64,000 bases of DNA from Calditrichota bacterium (GCA_020637395.1 JACJWA010000001.1:1711228-1775227), one strand, 5' to 3'. Numbered from the stretch's first letter, positions 1 to 9,623 are shown. Notes: generated by a model not told the origin, from the sequence alone. Program-made: numbers and translations.

Positions 1-1
1 G

Positions 2-2926
2 ATTGAAGGATCGGATCCCGATGTCGCGTTGAATGACATCAAGTCCGAAGTGGACCGCATCACCACGATTCCCGAGCAGGCCGAAGAGCCCGTGGTCAGC
101 AAGTTGACGAATCGGCAGGAAGCCATTTCGTTCATGATCTATGGCGACGCGTCTGAACTTGCTCTGCGGCAGCATGCCGAACGCATTCGTGACGAACTAC
201 TCTCCATGCCGCAAATCTCACAGGTCGAGTTGGCGGCAGTCCGGCCTTATGAGATTTCCGTGGAAGTTCCGGAAGCGACGCTGCGCGCGTACAATTTGAC
301 GCTCACCGATATCGCAACGTCTATTCGCCGCGCGTCGCTCGACTTGCCCGGCGGAACGGTCAAGACCGAAGGCGGCGAGGTGCTGATTCGCACGCGGGAG
401 AAGAAATACACGGGACCGGAGTTCGAACGAATCGTCGTCGTGACCAGACCCGACGGCAGCGAAGTAACTCTCGACGAAATCGCCACGATCAAGGACACAT
501 TCGAAGAGACCGATCAGCAGTCTTTCTACGACGGCAAACCCGCCGCGATGATCAAGGTCTTTCGCGTCGGAAAACAAAAGCCCACGGAAATCACACGCAT
601 CGTTCGCGACTACATGGAAACCTATCGCGCGCAGCTTCCGCCCTCCATCAAGGTGGATGTGTGGCAGGACTGGTCCGTGATCTTCCAGCAGCGCATGGAT
701 CTTCTGAGAAGAAACGGCGTGATGGGATTGATTCTGGTTGTGCTGATTCTCGCGATGTTTCTGGAGCTGCGGCTTGCTTTCTGGGTTTCGATGGGCATTC
801 CCACGTCGTTCCTCGGAGCGCTGATGCTAATGCCCGCGTGGGACGTCTCAGTCAACATGCTCTCGCTCTTCGCCTTCATTCTGGTGTTGGGTATGGTCGT
901 GGACGACGCCATTGTCGTCGGCGAAAATATTTTTCAGCACAGAATGATGGGCAAGTCCTTCTATCAGGCGTCGGTGGACGGTGCATCTGAAGTGGCGGGA
1001 CCCGTGTTGTTCTCCGCGCTGACCACGGTCTCCGCGTTCATGCCGCTGATGTTTGTCACCGGAACGATGGGCAAGTTCATGTTTGTGATTCCAGCCATCG
1101 TTATCTCCGTGCTGATGATCTCGGTCGTCGAAGCGTTCTTTGTGACGCCTGCCCACCTCTCCGGCAAACTCAGCCAGAGTCAGGCGCCTATCTGGAAGAA
1201 GATCGAAAGAGTGCGGCATCACTTTGATGAGTGGCTGCAGATATTCATCGAGAAAGTGTACGTCAAGCACTTGGGATGGGCCACCAGAAACCGGTACATC
1301 ACCTTTGCGATGGCGACCGCCGTGTTGTTCCTGACGGTTGGGATCATCGGAGGCGGGTTTATCAAGTTCGAGTTCCTGCCGGCGATTGACGCGGACATCA
1401 TCAATGTGCAAGTCACCATGCCTCCCGGTACTCCAATTGAAGAAACGCGGCAGGTGACTGAACAAGTTCGCCTCGCGGGACTGCGTGCAATTGAGCAATC
1501 TGACGAGAATCAGGAAGACGGACATTCCAACCTGCAGCACATGTTCATGGCGACTGGATTTCAGGTCTTTGAAGGCGGTCCCGGCGGCGTGCGTGAAAAC
1601 ATCGGTGCGAATCTCGGCCAGCTTCGCCTGCGCTTGATTGATCCGGAGTTTCGCAGCATGCGTACTCCCGACATCGTGAACCTATGGCGCAAGGAAGTCG
1701 GTGACATTCCCGGTGTCGAGCAGATTCAGTTTCAGGCGGACTTGATCGCCGGTGGCGCGGACATCGGCATTGAGTTGTCACACGAAGATTTCGGCGCGCT
1801 GTTGGCGGCGGTGGATCGGTTGAAAAACAAGCTGTCCACATATGACGGCGTGTACGACATCTCGGATTCGCATCTTGAAGGTAAGCGCGAGCTTCAGCTC
1901 ACCTTGAAACCGGACGCACGAACTCTGGGTGTCTCCGAGAGTGATCTGGGTACGCAAATCCGCTCGGCGTTCTTCGGCGCTGAGGCGCTTCGTCTGCAGC
2001 GCGGACGCGATGAGGTAAAGGTCATGGTGCGCTATCCGCTTGAAGAGCGCAAGTCTCTCGCCAACATCGAGAACATGATGATTCGCACGCGGAGCGGCGG
2101 TGAAGTGCCTTTCCATGCCGCGGCCAATGTCGTGGATGCAGTCGGCTACAGTTCTGTCAAACGCACGGATCAGAAACGTGTGATCGTGGTCAATGCTTCC
2201 GTAGATGATGCAACGGCGAACGCCAGCGAGCTCACCGCCGATCTCGTATCGGGCATTCTCGCGCAGCTCAAAAGTGACTATCCCGGTCTGCAGTATTCCT
2301 ATGAAGGGCAGTCGCTCGACCGTCAGGAGTCTCTGAAGAGTCTGGGCATCGGTTTCATGTTTGCCTTGTTCCTGATCTTCGGATTGATCGCCATTCCGCT
2401 GCGCAGTTTCACGCAACCGCTGATCATCATGAGCGTGATTCCGTTCGGCTTCGTCGGTGCGATCTTCGGGCACTTGCTGTTCGGATTCAATATGAGCTTG
2501 ATGTCCATGTTCGGGTTTGTCGCACTGACTGGTGTGGTGGTCAACGGCGGAATCGTGATGATTGACTTCATCAATCGCGCGCGCGAAGAGGGCGTGCCGG
2601 TCCGTGAGGCGATTCTGAAATCCGGCGAGCGGCGTTTCCGCGCGATCATGCTCACGTCCCTCACGACGTTCTTCGGACTGGTGCCGCTGATTCTTGAAAA
2701 AGAGCTTCAGGCGCAATTCCTCGTGCCCATGGCGATCAGCCTTGGCTTCGGCGTGTTGTTCAGCGGCTTCTTTATTACGCTGATCGTGCTGCCCACGATG
2801 TATCTGATTCTCGAAGATGTGCACGACTTCTTCGGCGCAAAGAGCCGTCACGCGCAAGCAGAAGGCAGCGATGTTTTCGAGACGGACTTGCTGGAGGAAA
2901 CGACTCCGGCATCGTCGAAGGCGTAG
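2..2926 (+). CDS. RND (AcrB/CzcA-type) efflux transporter permease, 5'-truncated by the window edge
   Basis: The reading frame is open from nt 2, with no stop before the ORF-track start at 29. Large periplasmic loops alternate with TM bundles. Motifs GMVVDDAIVVGENI and ALTGVVVNGGIVMIDF are typical of RND permeases. Confidence 0.9.
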   Translation: MEGSDPDVALNDIKSEVDRITTIPEQAEEPVVSKLTNRQEAISFMIYGDASELALRQHAERIRDELLSMPQISQVELAAVRPYEISVEVPEATLRAYNLTLTDIATSIRRASLDLPGGTVKTEGGEVLIRTREKKYTGPEFERIVVVTRPDGSEVTLDEIATIKDTFEETDQQSFYDGKPAAMIKVFRVGKQKPTEITRIVRDYMETYRAQLPPSIKVDVWQDWSVIFQQRMDLLRRNGVMGLILVVLILAMFLELRLAFWVSMGIPTSFLGALMLMPAWDVSVNMLSLFAFILVLGMVVDDAIVVGENIFQHRMMGKSFYQASVDGASEVAGPVLFSALTTVSAFMPLMFVTGTMGKFMFVIPAIVISVLMISVVEAFFVTPAHLSGKLSQSQAPIWKKIERVRHHFDEWLQIFIEKVYVKHLGWATRNRYITFAMATAVLFLTVGIIGGGFIKFEFLPAIDADIINVQVTMPPGTPIEETRQVTEQVRLAGLRAIEQSDENQEDGHSNLQHMFMATGFQVFEGGPGGVRENIGANLGQLRLRLIDPEFRSMRTPDIVNLWRKEVGDIPGVEQIQFQADLIAGGADIGIELSHEDFGALLAAVDRLKNKLSTYDGVYDISDSHLEGKRELQLTLKPDARTLGVSESDLGTQIRSAFFGAEALRLQRGRDEVKVMVRYPLEERKSLANIENMMIRTRSGGEVPFHAAANVVDAVGYSSVKRTDQKRVIVVNASVDDATANASELTADLVSGILAQLKSDYPGLQYSYEGQSLDRQESLKSLGIGFMFALFLIFGLIAIPLRSFTQPLIIMSVIPFGFVGAIFGHLLFGFNMSLMSMFGFVALTGVVVNGGIVMIDFINRAREEGVPVREAILKSGERRFRAIMLTSLTTFFGLVPLILEKELQAQFLVPMAISLGFGVLFSGFFITLIVLPTMYLILEDVHDFFGAKSRHAQAEGSDVFETDLLEETTPASSKA

Positions 2927-2952
2927 CGGACGATTAGCCTTGACAAAAATAG

Positions 2953-2987
2953 AGCGGGCGGCCCAATGGGTCGCCCGCTTTTGTGTT
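2953..2987. terminator. Bidirectional rho-independent terminator between the convergent RND gene and nrdJ
   Basis: The stem is AGCGGGCGGCCC / GGGTCGCCCGCT with loop AAT. The + strand tail is TTTTGTGTT and the - strand tail is CTATTTTTG. A second perfect 8-bp hairpin, GCAGGGTC-TGGA-GACCCTGC, lies at 2999-3018. Confidence 0.75.
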
Positions 2988-3028
2988 CGATGATTCCGGC
3001 AGGGTCTGGAGACCCTGCTCGGGAAGTC

Positions 3029-6000
3029 TTAACTGCAGCCGCTGGTCGAGCCGCAGGTCGTGCACTTCAGGCACGTGCCGTTGCGGACCATCGTGAAGCT
3101 GCCGCACTCGCTGCAGGCGTCGCCTTCGTAACCCTGACGGCGCGCAAGTTCAATCAACTGTGCCTTGTTCTGGCCGTTTACGTGTCCGTTCGTGTAGCCG
3201 TTTTCGGAGTGGGCAATTTCGGGAGTCTGCGCTGGCGCTTGGAGTTCAGCAACTGCTGAAGCAGGAGCAGCCGCAGAAGCCTGCGGCGCGGAGGTTTCTT
3301 CTTCACGGTCGGCTCTCTCCTCAATGGTGTCGTGTGCAATCGGAACCACGGCAGGTTCGCCTTCTTGAACCCGCTTGCTGCCGTTGATAGCGTCACTACG
3401 CGACGTTTCGGTCTGAGCGTCCACCACGTGCGCCAGATCGTGGCGATCCAGATAGCTGATCGCCAATTCACGGAACACGTAGTCAATCACCGACGTCGCA
3501 TATTTGATATGGTCATTGCCGCCTACGGGGCCGTTGGGATCAAAGCGCGTGAATACAAACGCATCCACGTACTCTTCGAGCGGCACACCGTGCTGTAATC
3601 CCAGACTGACGGCAATGGCGAAGCAGTTCATCAGACTGCGGAACGAGGCGCCTTCCTTATGCATATCGAGGAAGATCTCGCCCAGCATTCTGTCTTCATA
3701 CTCGCCGGTGCGCAAATAGATTTTGTGTCCGCCGATGCGCGCCTTCTGCGTATAGCCGTAGCGACGATCCGGCAATCTGCGGCGGCGTGTCGTGGTCACA
3801 ATCTTCTGCACCGTCTCCGCCACCACGCCCGTCTCTTCCTGTTCCTCTTCGATGCCCAATGCGGCAATTCCAAAATCATCCGCCGTGGAGTTCAGAGGCT
3901 GGGAGAGCTTCGAGCCGTCGCGATAAAGCGCCACGGCTTTCAGCATCAGCCGCCAGCTCTGATAGTACGCGTCTTTGATATTCTCGACCGTCGCGTGGCG
4001 CGGCAGATTGATCGTCTTGGAAATCGCGCCGCTGATGAAGGGCTGCGCGGCGGCCATCATCTTCAGATGAGCCAAGGGCTGAATGTAGCGCTGCCCATAC
4101 GCTCCGCACTGGTTGGCGCAATCGAACACCGGCAGATGATCCGGACGAAGATGCGGCGCGCCCTCGATGGTCATGCGTCCGCAAATGGCGTCATTCGCCT
4201 GACGAATCTGCTCCTTCGTGAAGCCCAAGGCCAACAGCAAATCGCCGCCTGCCTTGCGCAGATCATTTTCTGTGATCTTCAAACGATCCCGCACAACATC
4301 GGCACCGATCACCCACGGAGTCAACGCAAAACTCAAACTGAACGCGCCCTTTAGCTGAGCTTCGATCTTCTCAAGAGAAGAGTCCGGCAATCCTTTTGCG
4401 CGCAGACTCTCTTTGTTGATGTGCGGAGCGCCCTCGAGCGTGCTCGTTCCTGAAACGTAGTGCGTAATCTGGCGAATCTCGGCCTCGCCGTATCCCAGAT
4501 TCTCTAACGCCAACGGCACACTGCTGTTGATGATGCGGAAGTAGCCGCCGCCGGCAAGCTTCTTGTACTTCACCAATGCGAAGTCCGGTTCAATGCCTGT
4601 TGTGTCGCAATCCATGACGAGACCGATCGTTCCCGTCGGAGCAATCACCGTGGCTTGCGCATTGCGATAGCCGTTCTGCACTCCCAGCGCCAATGCTTCG
4701 TCCCACACATCACGCGCAGCGTCCGCCAGATAGTCCGGACAGTGCGCGACGTCGAGCGGCACCGGATGAATATTCAGATTCTCGTATCCGTCCAGCGTGC
4801 CGCCATAGGCCGCGCGGCGATGATTGCGGATGACTCGCAGCATCGGTTCATGATTGCGAGCGTACGCCGGGAATGCGCCGATCTGCCCGGCCATCTCCGC
4901 CGAGGTTCGATAGGATTCTCCGGTCAGCACTGCCGTCAGCGCCGAACACCATGCCCGCGCTTCGGGACTGTCATACGCAATGCCCATGACCATCGCGAGC
5001 GTGCCGAGATTGGCATAGCCCAATCCAAGCGTGCGATAGTCGTAGGAGCGCTGCGCAATACTGCGCGATGGGAATTGCGCCATCTCAACTGAAATGTCCA
5101 GCACGGTCGTCCACACTCGAATCGCGTGACGATACGACTCGACATCAAACAAGCGACGCGCCGGATCGAGGAACTTCATCAGGTTCAGGCTGGCCAGATT
5201 GCAGGCCGTATCATCCAGGAACATGTATTCGCTGCACGGATTCGACGCGTCAATTCTGCCGTCCAGCGGGCAGGTGTTCCACTCATTGATCGTCGTGTCA
5301 AATTGCAATCCCGGATCCGCCGAGGCCCACGCCGCTTCGGAAATCTCTTCCCACAGGTCACGCGCCCGCAAGGATTTTGTGACGCTTCCGTCTTTGCGCG
5401 CTTTCAAGTCCCACTTCTCGTCGCGCTCAACCGCGCGCATGAACTTATTAGTCAGACGCACCGAGTTGTTGGAGTTCTGACCGGAAACGGTTTGATACGC
5501 GGCGTTGTTCCAGTCCGTATCGTAGGTGTCCAGCCGCATCGCGGTGTAGCCCTGCGACGCGAACTGAAGTGTGCGATGAATGTACGGATCCGGAATGAAG
5601 TCCTTGCGTGCGCGTTGAATCGCGGAGCGCAAACGCGCGTTCTGTTTGGGATCCAGGCGAGCATCCAGAGCTACCGATTGATCGTGTGAAGCGGCAAGAA
5701 TCTCATTCAGACGCTGTTCGCAGACTTTCGACCCCGCCACGAGGGCCGCGACCTTCTGCTCTTCTACTACTTTCCAGTTGACAAACTCCTCAATGTCCGG
5801 ATGGTCCGCGTCCAGGCAAACCATTTTTGCTGCCCTGCGAGTCGTGCCGCCCGACTTGATCGCCCCTGCGGCTCGATCTCCAATCTTCAGGAAGCTCATC
5901 AATCCGCTCGACACACCGCCGCCCGAAAGCGTCTCGTCTTCGCCGCGAACTTTTGAGAAATTCGTTCCCGTTCCCGACCCATACTTAAAAAGGCGAGCCT

Positions 6001-6664
6001 CACGCACCCAAAGGTCCATGATCCCGCCTTCGTTCACAAGATCGTCTTCAACCGACTGAATAAAACAGGCGTGCGGCTGCGGACGCTCGTAAGCATTCTG
6101 CGAGCGCTCAAGCTCTCCTGTCCGTGAATTCACATAGTAGTGTCCCTGCGCGCGGCCCTCGATCGAATAAGCCCAGTGCAGACCCGTGTTGAACCACTGG
6201 GGACTGTTGGGTGCGCAAAACTGTGCCGCAAGCATGAATTGCAGCTCGTCAAAAAAGACTCGAGCATCATGCTCCGAATCAAAATAGCCGGCTTTCCAGC
6301 CCCAGTAGGTCCAGCAGCCCGCCAAACGACGGAACACCTGCCGTGAGTCGCGCTCACCGCCAAATCGGCTGCCTTCGGGCATCTTGTCGAGTATCGCCCA
6401 ATCCGGTTCATGACGAAGTAGCCACTCCGGCACGCCCTCTTCCCAGACCGGGCGCGTGGCCATCGGCACTCCCGCTTTGCGCAAGTACTTCTGCGCCAGC
6501 ACGTCCACTGCCACCTGAGACCAGGATTCGGGGGCGTAAACATCCTTGGCCTCGAACAGGATTCGTCCCTCTGGAGACGTCAGACGTGACGCCCAGGGCG
6601 TAAACCGAAGGCCGGAGTAGATCTCCTGGCCCTCTTTCGTATAGCGGCGTGTGAACTTCAACAA
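3029..6664 (-). CDS. nrdJ: Class II (adenosylcobalamin-dependent) ribonucleotide reductase, long form with a C-terminal 4-Cys ribbon
   Basis: RNR active-site block [44 protein letters not shown], and C-terminal CSECG...CLKCTTCG. Start is TTG, preceded by the SD sequence AAGGAG. Confidence 0.93.
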   Translation of the reverse strand: MLKFTRRYTKEGQEIYSGLRFTPWASRLTSPEGRILFEAKDVYAPESWSQVAVDVLAQKYLRKAGVPMATRPVWEEGVPEWLLRHEPDWAILDKMPEGSRFGGERDSRQVFRRLAGCWTYWGWKAGYFDSEHDARVFFDELQFMLAAQFCAPNSPQWFNTGLHWAYSIEGRAQGHYYVNSRTGELERSQNAYERPQPHACFIQSVEDDLVNEGGIMDLWVREARLFKYGSGTGTNFSKVRGEDETLSGGGVSSGLMSFLKIGDRAAGAIKSGGTTRRAAKMVCLDADHPDIEEFVNWKVVEEQKVAALVAGSKVCEQRLNEILAASHDQSVALDARLDPKQNARLRSAIQRARKDFIPDPYIHRTLQFASQGYTAMRLDTYDTDWNNAAYQTVSGQNSNNSVRLTNKFMRAVERDEKWDLKARKDGSVTKSLRARDLWEEISEAAWASADPGLQFDTTINEWNTCPLDGRIDASNPCSEYMFLDDTACNLASLNLMKFLDPARRLFDVESYRHAIRVWTTVLDISVEMAQFPSRSIAQRSYDYRTLGLGYANLGTLAMVMGIAYDSPEARAWCSALTAVLTGESYRTSAEMAGQIGAFPAYARNHEPMLRVIRNHRRAAYGGTLDGYENLNIHPVPLDVAHCPDYLADAARDVWDEALALGVQNGYRNAQATVIAPTGTIGLVMDCDTTGIEPDFALVKYKKLAGGGYFRIINSSVPLALENLGYGEAEIRQITHYVSGTSTLEGAPHINKESLRAKGLPDSSLEKIEAQLKGAFSLSFALTPWVIGADVVRDRLKITENDLRKAGGDLLLALGFTKEQIRQANDAICGRMTIEGAPHLRPDHLPVFDCANQCGAYGQRYIQPLAHLKMMAAAQPFISGAISKTINLPRHATVENIKDAYYQSWRLMLKAVALYRDGSKLSQPLNSTADDFGIAALGIEEEQEETGVVAETVQKIVTTTRRRRLPDRRYGYTQKARIGGHKIYLRTGEYEDRMLGEIFLDMHKEGASFRSLMNCFAIAVSLGLQHGVPLEEYVDAFVFTRFDPNGPVGGNDHIKYATSVIDYVFRELAISYLDRHDLAHVVDAQTETSRSDAINGSKRVQEGEPAVVPIAHDTIEERADREEETSAPQASAAAPASAVAELQAPAQTPEIAHSENGYTNGHVNGQNKAQLIELARRQGYEGDACSECGSFTMVRNGTCLKCTTCGSTSGCS

Positions 6665-6756
6665 AGGCTCCTTGGAACGATCTTGAACAATCCTGACCAG
6701 TCTCCGTCACGTCTCCCCCTGTCCATCGTCGCTCGCCTCTCGATCACATCCATCAT

Positions 6757-6799
6757 ACCGTATCTATACGAAGCTTCTCTTCCAACCACAATATCTGGT
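6757..6799 (-). promoter_or_regulatory. Two NrdR-box-like imperfect palindromes in the nrdJ leader (candidate)
   Basis: ACCACAATATCTGGT (6785-6799) and ACCGTATCTATACG (6757-6770). By-eye matches to the NrdR box acaCwAtATaTwGtgt are about 11/16 and 9/16. The centres are about 28-29 bp apart. Confidence 0.3.
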
Positions 6800-6817
6800 A
6801 GTCGTAACTGGGGCCGT

Positions 6818-6846
6818 AATATAGCCGTGAACGGGTCGTCAGTCAA
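6818..6846 (-). promoter_or_regulatory. sigma70-type promoter of nrdJ
   Basis: The minus strand reads TTGACT, a 17-nt spacer, then TATATT, about 150 nt upstream of the nrdJ start. Confidence 0.65.
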
Positions 6847-7021
6847 GGGGTGAAACACTTATTCACAATTTGATTTTGCTGCTGCAATTCCACGAATCAT
6901 AATGTCTTCACTCGCCAATTGAGGAAAATCAATGAGATGAGTGTGAGGTGTTAGTTAAGTGGAGTATCTATCTGACTTTTGACTGTTGAAAGGCATAAAA
7001 TCATCATTCGACTATGGTTAC

Positions 7022-7104
7022 TGACCAAATGAGCAAGCCTCTGGCACTGCTCTTGGTTTTCCTCTTTCTCTGAAAAGATATGAATGATTGACCAAATGTT
7101 CAAG
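7022..7104 (+). repeat. Direct repeat TGACCAAATGnnCAAG x2 (7022-7037 and 7089-7104)
   Basis: 14 of 16 positions are identical and the copies are 67 bp apart, within the AT-rich intergenic region. Confidence 0.6.
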
Positions 7105-7168
7105 TGCTTTCGGCAGATTTAGAGTCTATTTTATGGCAGGCAACCACGGCAGTTAGTGAGGAATGGGC

Positions 7169-7197
7169 TTGACAATATGCCCCCGGAATCTTATATT
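7169..7197 (+). promoter_or_regulatory. sigma70-type promoter of the rpsR-rpmB-rpmG operon
   Basis: TTGACA (7169-7174), a 17-nt spacer, then TATATT (7192-7197), 75 nt upstream of the rpsR ATG. Confidence 0.7.
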
Positions 7198-7271
7198 TCG
7201 GAGCTTTGGCGTTGAGGGTGTCCCATCGGAATACCCGAGAGACGACTATTTTCATTTCTCACGCAGTTTTT

Positions 7272-7511
7272 ATGGCAAAGATTCGCACCAACCTCGCCCG
7301 CAAACCGTCCTATCTGGCGGAGCACGGCATCAAGCACATTGACTACAAAGACATCAAGCTTTTGCAGCGCTTCATCGCGCCCAATGGCAGAATTCTGCCG
7401 CGCCGCTTGACCCGTCTGACCCGGCAAGAACAGCGCGTCATGACGCTTGCCATCAAGCGCGCCCGTCATATCGCTCTGCTGCCGTTTGTGCAAGACGCCG
7501 AGATCTATTGA
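7272..7511 (+). CDS. rpsR: 30S ribosomal protein S18 (no Cys residues)
   Basis: [50 protein letters not shown]. The ATG at 7272 (MAKIRTN) is preferred over the ORF-track start at 7206. Confidence 0.93.
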   Translation: MAKIRTNLARKPSYLAEHGIKHIDYKDIKLLQRFIAPNGRILPRRLTRLTRQEQRVMTLAIKRARHIALLPFVQDAEIY

Positions 7512-7544
7512 GATCAGGCCAATCCCTAACCCTCTGAAAGAACC

Positions 7545-7787
7545 ATGTCCAGAGTTTGCCCCATCACCGGACGCCGTCGGCATAAGGCCAATTCGGTCAG
7601 CCACGCAAACAATAAGACGCGCAAGTGGCAGTATCCCAATTTGCGCACGAAGCGATTTTTTGACGAAGCCACCGGCCAGTGGATTCGTGTCAAAGTGTCC
7701 GCGCGCGGTCTGAAGACCCTGACCAAGAACGGCCTGCCCGCCGAGTGGCGCAAAGTTCTTGACATGCACGCGCAGCTGCACGGATAA
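7545..7787 (+). CDS. rpmB: 50S ribosomal protein L28
   Basis: The N-terminus [33 protein letters not shown] is a classic L28 N-terminus. Confidence 0.93.
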   Translation: MSRVCPITGRRRHKANSVSHANNKTRKWQYPNLRTKRFFDEATGQWIRVKVSARGLKTLTKNGLPAEWRKVLDMHAQLHG

Positions 7788-7798
7788 GGAGAAACATC

Positions 7799-7984
7799 AT
7801 GGCAAAGAAGACCAAAGAAGGCCGGATCATCGTCATCCTCGAGTGCACGGAAGCGCGCGGACAAGGTCTGACGCCCAGCCGTTACAATACGATGAAGAAC
7901 CGTAAGAACACGCCGGATCGTCTTGAGCTGATGAAGTACAATCCGAACCTGCGCAAGATGACTCTGCATCGCGAGGTGCGCTAA
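7799..7984 (+). CDS. rpmG: 50S ribosomal protein L33 (C-minus form)
   Basis: [30 protein letters not shown]. The SD sequence AAGGAG lies 7 nt upstream. The paired CxxC motifs are absent. Confidence 0.92.
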   Translation: MAKKTKEGRIIVILECTEARGQGLTPSRYNTMKNRKNTPDRLELMKYNPNLRKMTLHREVR

Positions 7985-8016
7985 GTCTTAGCGCGACTCG
8001 ATAGATTTGAATCGCA

Positions 8017-8052
8017 GAAGCCCCCGATGATGGTCGGGGGCTTCTTGTTGTT
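8017..8052 (+). terminator. Rho-independent terminator of the ribosomal-protein operon
   Basis: GAAGCCCCCGA-TGATGG-TCGGGGGCTTC followed by TTGTTGTT. Confidence 0.85.
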
Positions 8053-8070
8053 CGTGCATATGCTGCCGAA

Positions 8071-9405
8071 TCAGTTCTTCACTGGACGCGCAATCCCTCG
8101 CACCGACGGTGCAGTCTGCGGCGGAAGCCACGTCACCGTCGAACCCGAGAACGTGAAGCGCGCTACTTCCATCGTCTGATCCGCATTGATCGTTCGAGCG
8201 TAGGTCCGCGTCGTGCCGTGCACGACCGTGCGCACGTTGAATGCTTGCGATTGAAGTCCATTGCCGCAGTCGCCGTACCAGTCCACTTCAATCTTGTATT
8301 CGCCGCTCGGGGGCGTGGTGGTCCAGTAGATGTTCTCCGGAGTGCCGTTTACGTAGTCTCCGCACTGATTGTCGCGATCAAGCACACCGCCTGTCGAGCT
8401 CGGATTGTTGAAGTAGGCACACGTTTGGCCGGTCGGATCCGTCACCCAGAGATCGAGATCCAAAGACTGCGCGTTGAACCAAGTCAAGGTGACCTGAATG
8501 TCGCCCGTACCCACGGGCGTTGTGGGAGTCGGATTGCAGCCGCAACGGCCGGGATCCGCGCCTGCGAAATCACTCGAGGGCAAATCCACGCAATTGGGCG
8601 AGTTGTAGTGCCAGGCATTGGCTATCGTGATCGGCTCGGTGATACGGTGATAGTATTGCCCGGGGTTCATCTGATCTTCACGCTGAAGACAGAATGTGTA
8701 GGTTCCTTGTGCCAGATACCAGTTGCCGACATTCGACCACCCTATGGTCCCTGGAGGTGCATACAAAACGCCATTCCCGTCCGGAATCCAATCCGCTTGA
8801 TAGGGATACTCGAGGCTGTAGGTTTCAATACAGACATACAGCCAGGAACTCCCGGAATTGTTAATCCTCAGACAGCCGCTCGCATCATCCACTTGCGGGC
8901 GCCCCGTGACGTACCACGGCGACAACTGATAGGTCATCGCTTTCACCGTACGAGTCGCCGGATCATATTCTGATCCGAAATACTCGGGCTCACCGGTAGT
9001 CGGATTGTGCCTCCAGAGGCTGACTTCGCCCGGGTCACCGTCACCGGGAACAGGCACCGCAACTTCAACCGGACGCGCAAATGTGAATCCTTCCGGGCCA
9101 AACAAATACACGTCCGACACGCGGTTCATGTTGTCAGGCGGCGATACCTGAATGTCGTTGTTCCGTTCCACAGAGAACACGACCGTTGCAGGGCTCCCGT
9201 CCGTCAGCGAAGGAACGGCACCTACAGGAACACTGATTCGCGCGCCTTCCGCTGTTTCGATGGTTCCCGAAGTCGTGGTTGTAACCGTACCGCTGGCGTT
9301 GTCTTCCGCCGTTGGTGGAGTGTTGTTGTCGTCTTCATCCTTCGGACAACCGATGATCAGAAATGCGACAGATAGTAACAGAATAAGAATTTTTCTAAGG
9401 TCCAT
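8071..9405 (-). CDS. Predicted lipoprotein of unknown function with a C-terminal YfaP/DUF2135-like beta-sandwich domain
   Basis: Signal peptide plus lipobox (LSVAFLIIGC), with SD GGAGGTG upstream. The C-terminus reads VTLTWFNAQSLDLDLWVTDPTG...DRDN...GTPENIYW...GEYKIEVDWYG, which matches the DUF2135 pattern from memory. Confidence 0.75.
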   Translation of the reverse strand: MDLRKILILLLSVAFLIIGCPKDEDDNNTPPTAEDNASGTVTTTTSGTIETAEGARISVPVGAVPSLTDGSPATVVFSVERNNDIQVSPPDNMNRVSDVYLFGPEGFTFARPVEVAVPVPGDGDPGEVSLWRHNPTTGEPEYFGSEYDPATRTVKAMTYQLSPWYVTGRPQVDDASGCLRINNSGSSWLYVCIETYSLEYPYQADWIPDGNGVLYAPPGTIGWSNVGNWYLAQGTYTFCLQREDQMNPGQYYHRITEPITIANAWHYNSPNCVDLPSSDFAGADPGRCGCNPTPTTPVGTGDIQVTLTWFNAQSLDLDLWVTDPTGQTCAYFNNPSSTGGVLDRDNQCGDYVNGTPENIYWTTTPPSGEYKIEVDWYGDCGNGLQSQAFNVRTVVHGTTRTYARTINADQTMEVARFTFSGSTVTWLPPQTAPSVRGIARPVKN

Positions 9406-9426
9406 TAGGCACCTCCATTGGGGCAG

Positions 9427-9466
9427 TTGTGCTATCTTAATGTCTTAAAGTCGTGGATAGCACAAT
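9427..9466 (-). repeat. 10-bp perfect inverted repeat TTGTGCTATC-N20-GATAGCACAA upstream of the lipoprotein gene
   Basis: The arms lie at 9427-9436 and 9457-9466, that is 22-61 nt upstream of the ATG at 9405. The spacer contains CTTAA twice. Confidence 0.6.
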
Positions 9467-9623
9467 TTAGCTAATCATTGGTCGCAAAAAAACACGTCTG
9501 TAAAAGACAGTCCGAGAGTTTCTTTCTCTTTCGAAAGCAATGTTGAGCAAAGCCTGACTTTGCGGAGTCCTCATCCTTCACAGCTAATGTTGAAATGTCA
9601 CACAGAGAATTCTTTCTCCAAAT

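Noticed and set aside
3029-6664. A possible intein in the 1211-aa NrdJ. The same question was raised for the 498-aa DnaB at 23593-25089.
   Set aside because: The catalytic blocks are contiguous. I see no Cys/Ser-initiated insert ending in HN followed by a Cys/Ser/Thr. The extra length of NrdJ is explained by a low-complexity linker plus a C-terminal Zn ribbon.
6665-6817. A possible cobalamin riboswitch in the long nrdJ leader.
   Set aside because: I could not find a B12-box (AGYCMGGAGACCKGCC-like). In addition, B12 riboswitches normally repress B12-independent isozymes, not the B12-dependent NrdJ.
6859-6867. A DnaA-box-like TTATTCACA in an AT-rich divergent intergenic region, which raised the possibility of an oriC.
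   Set aside because: There is only a single box. I see no dnaA or dnaN nearby and no box cluster. The next 56 kb of genes would be head-on to replication if this were an origin.
7042-7056. A sigma54-like -24/-12 element, TGGCAC-tgctc-TTGG, on the + strand of the AT-rich intergenic region.
   Set aside because: The critical -12 GC dinucleotide is GG instead. The element points at rpsR from more than 200 nt away, upstream of a strong sigma70 promoter. The flanking repeats are not positioned like upstream activator sequences.
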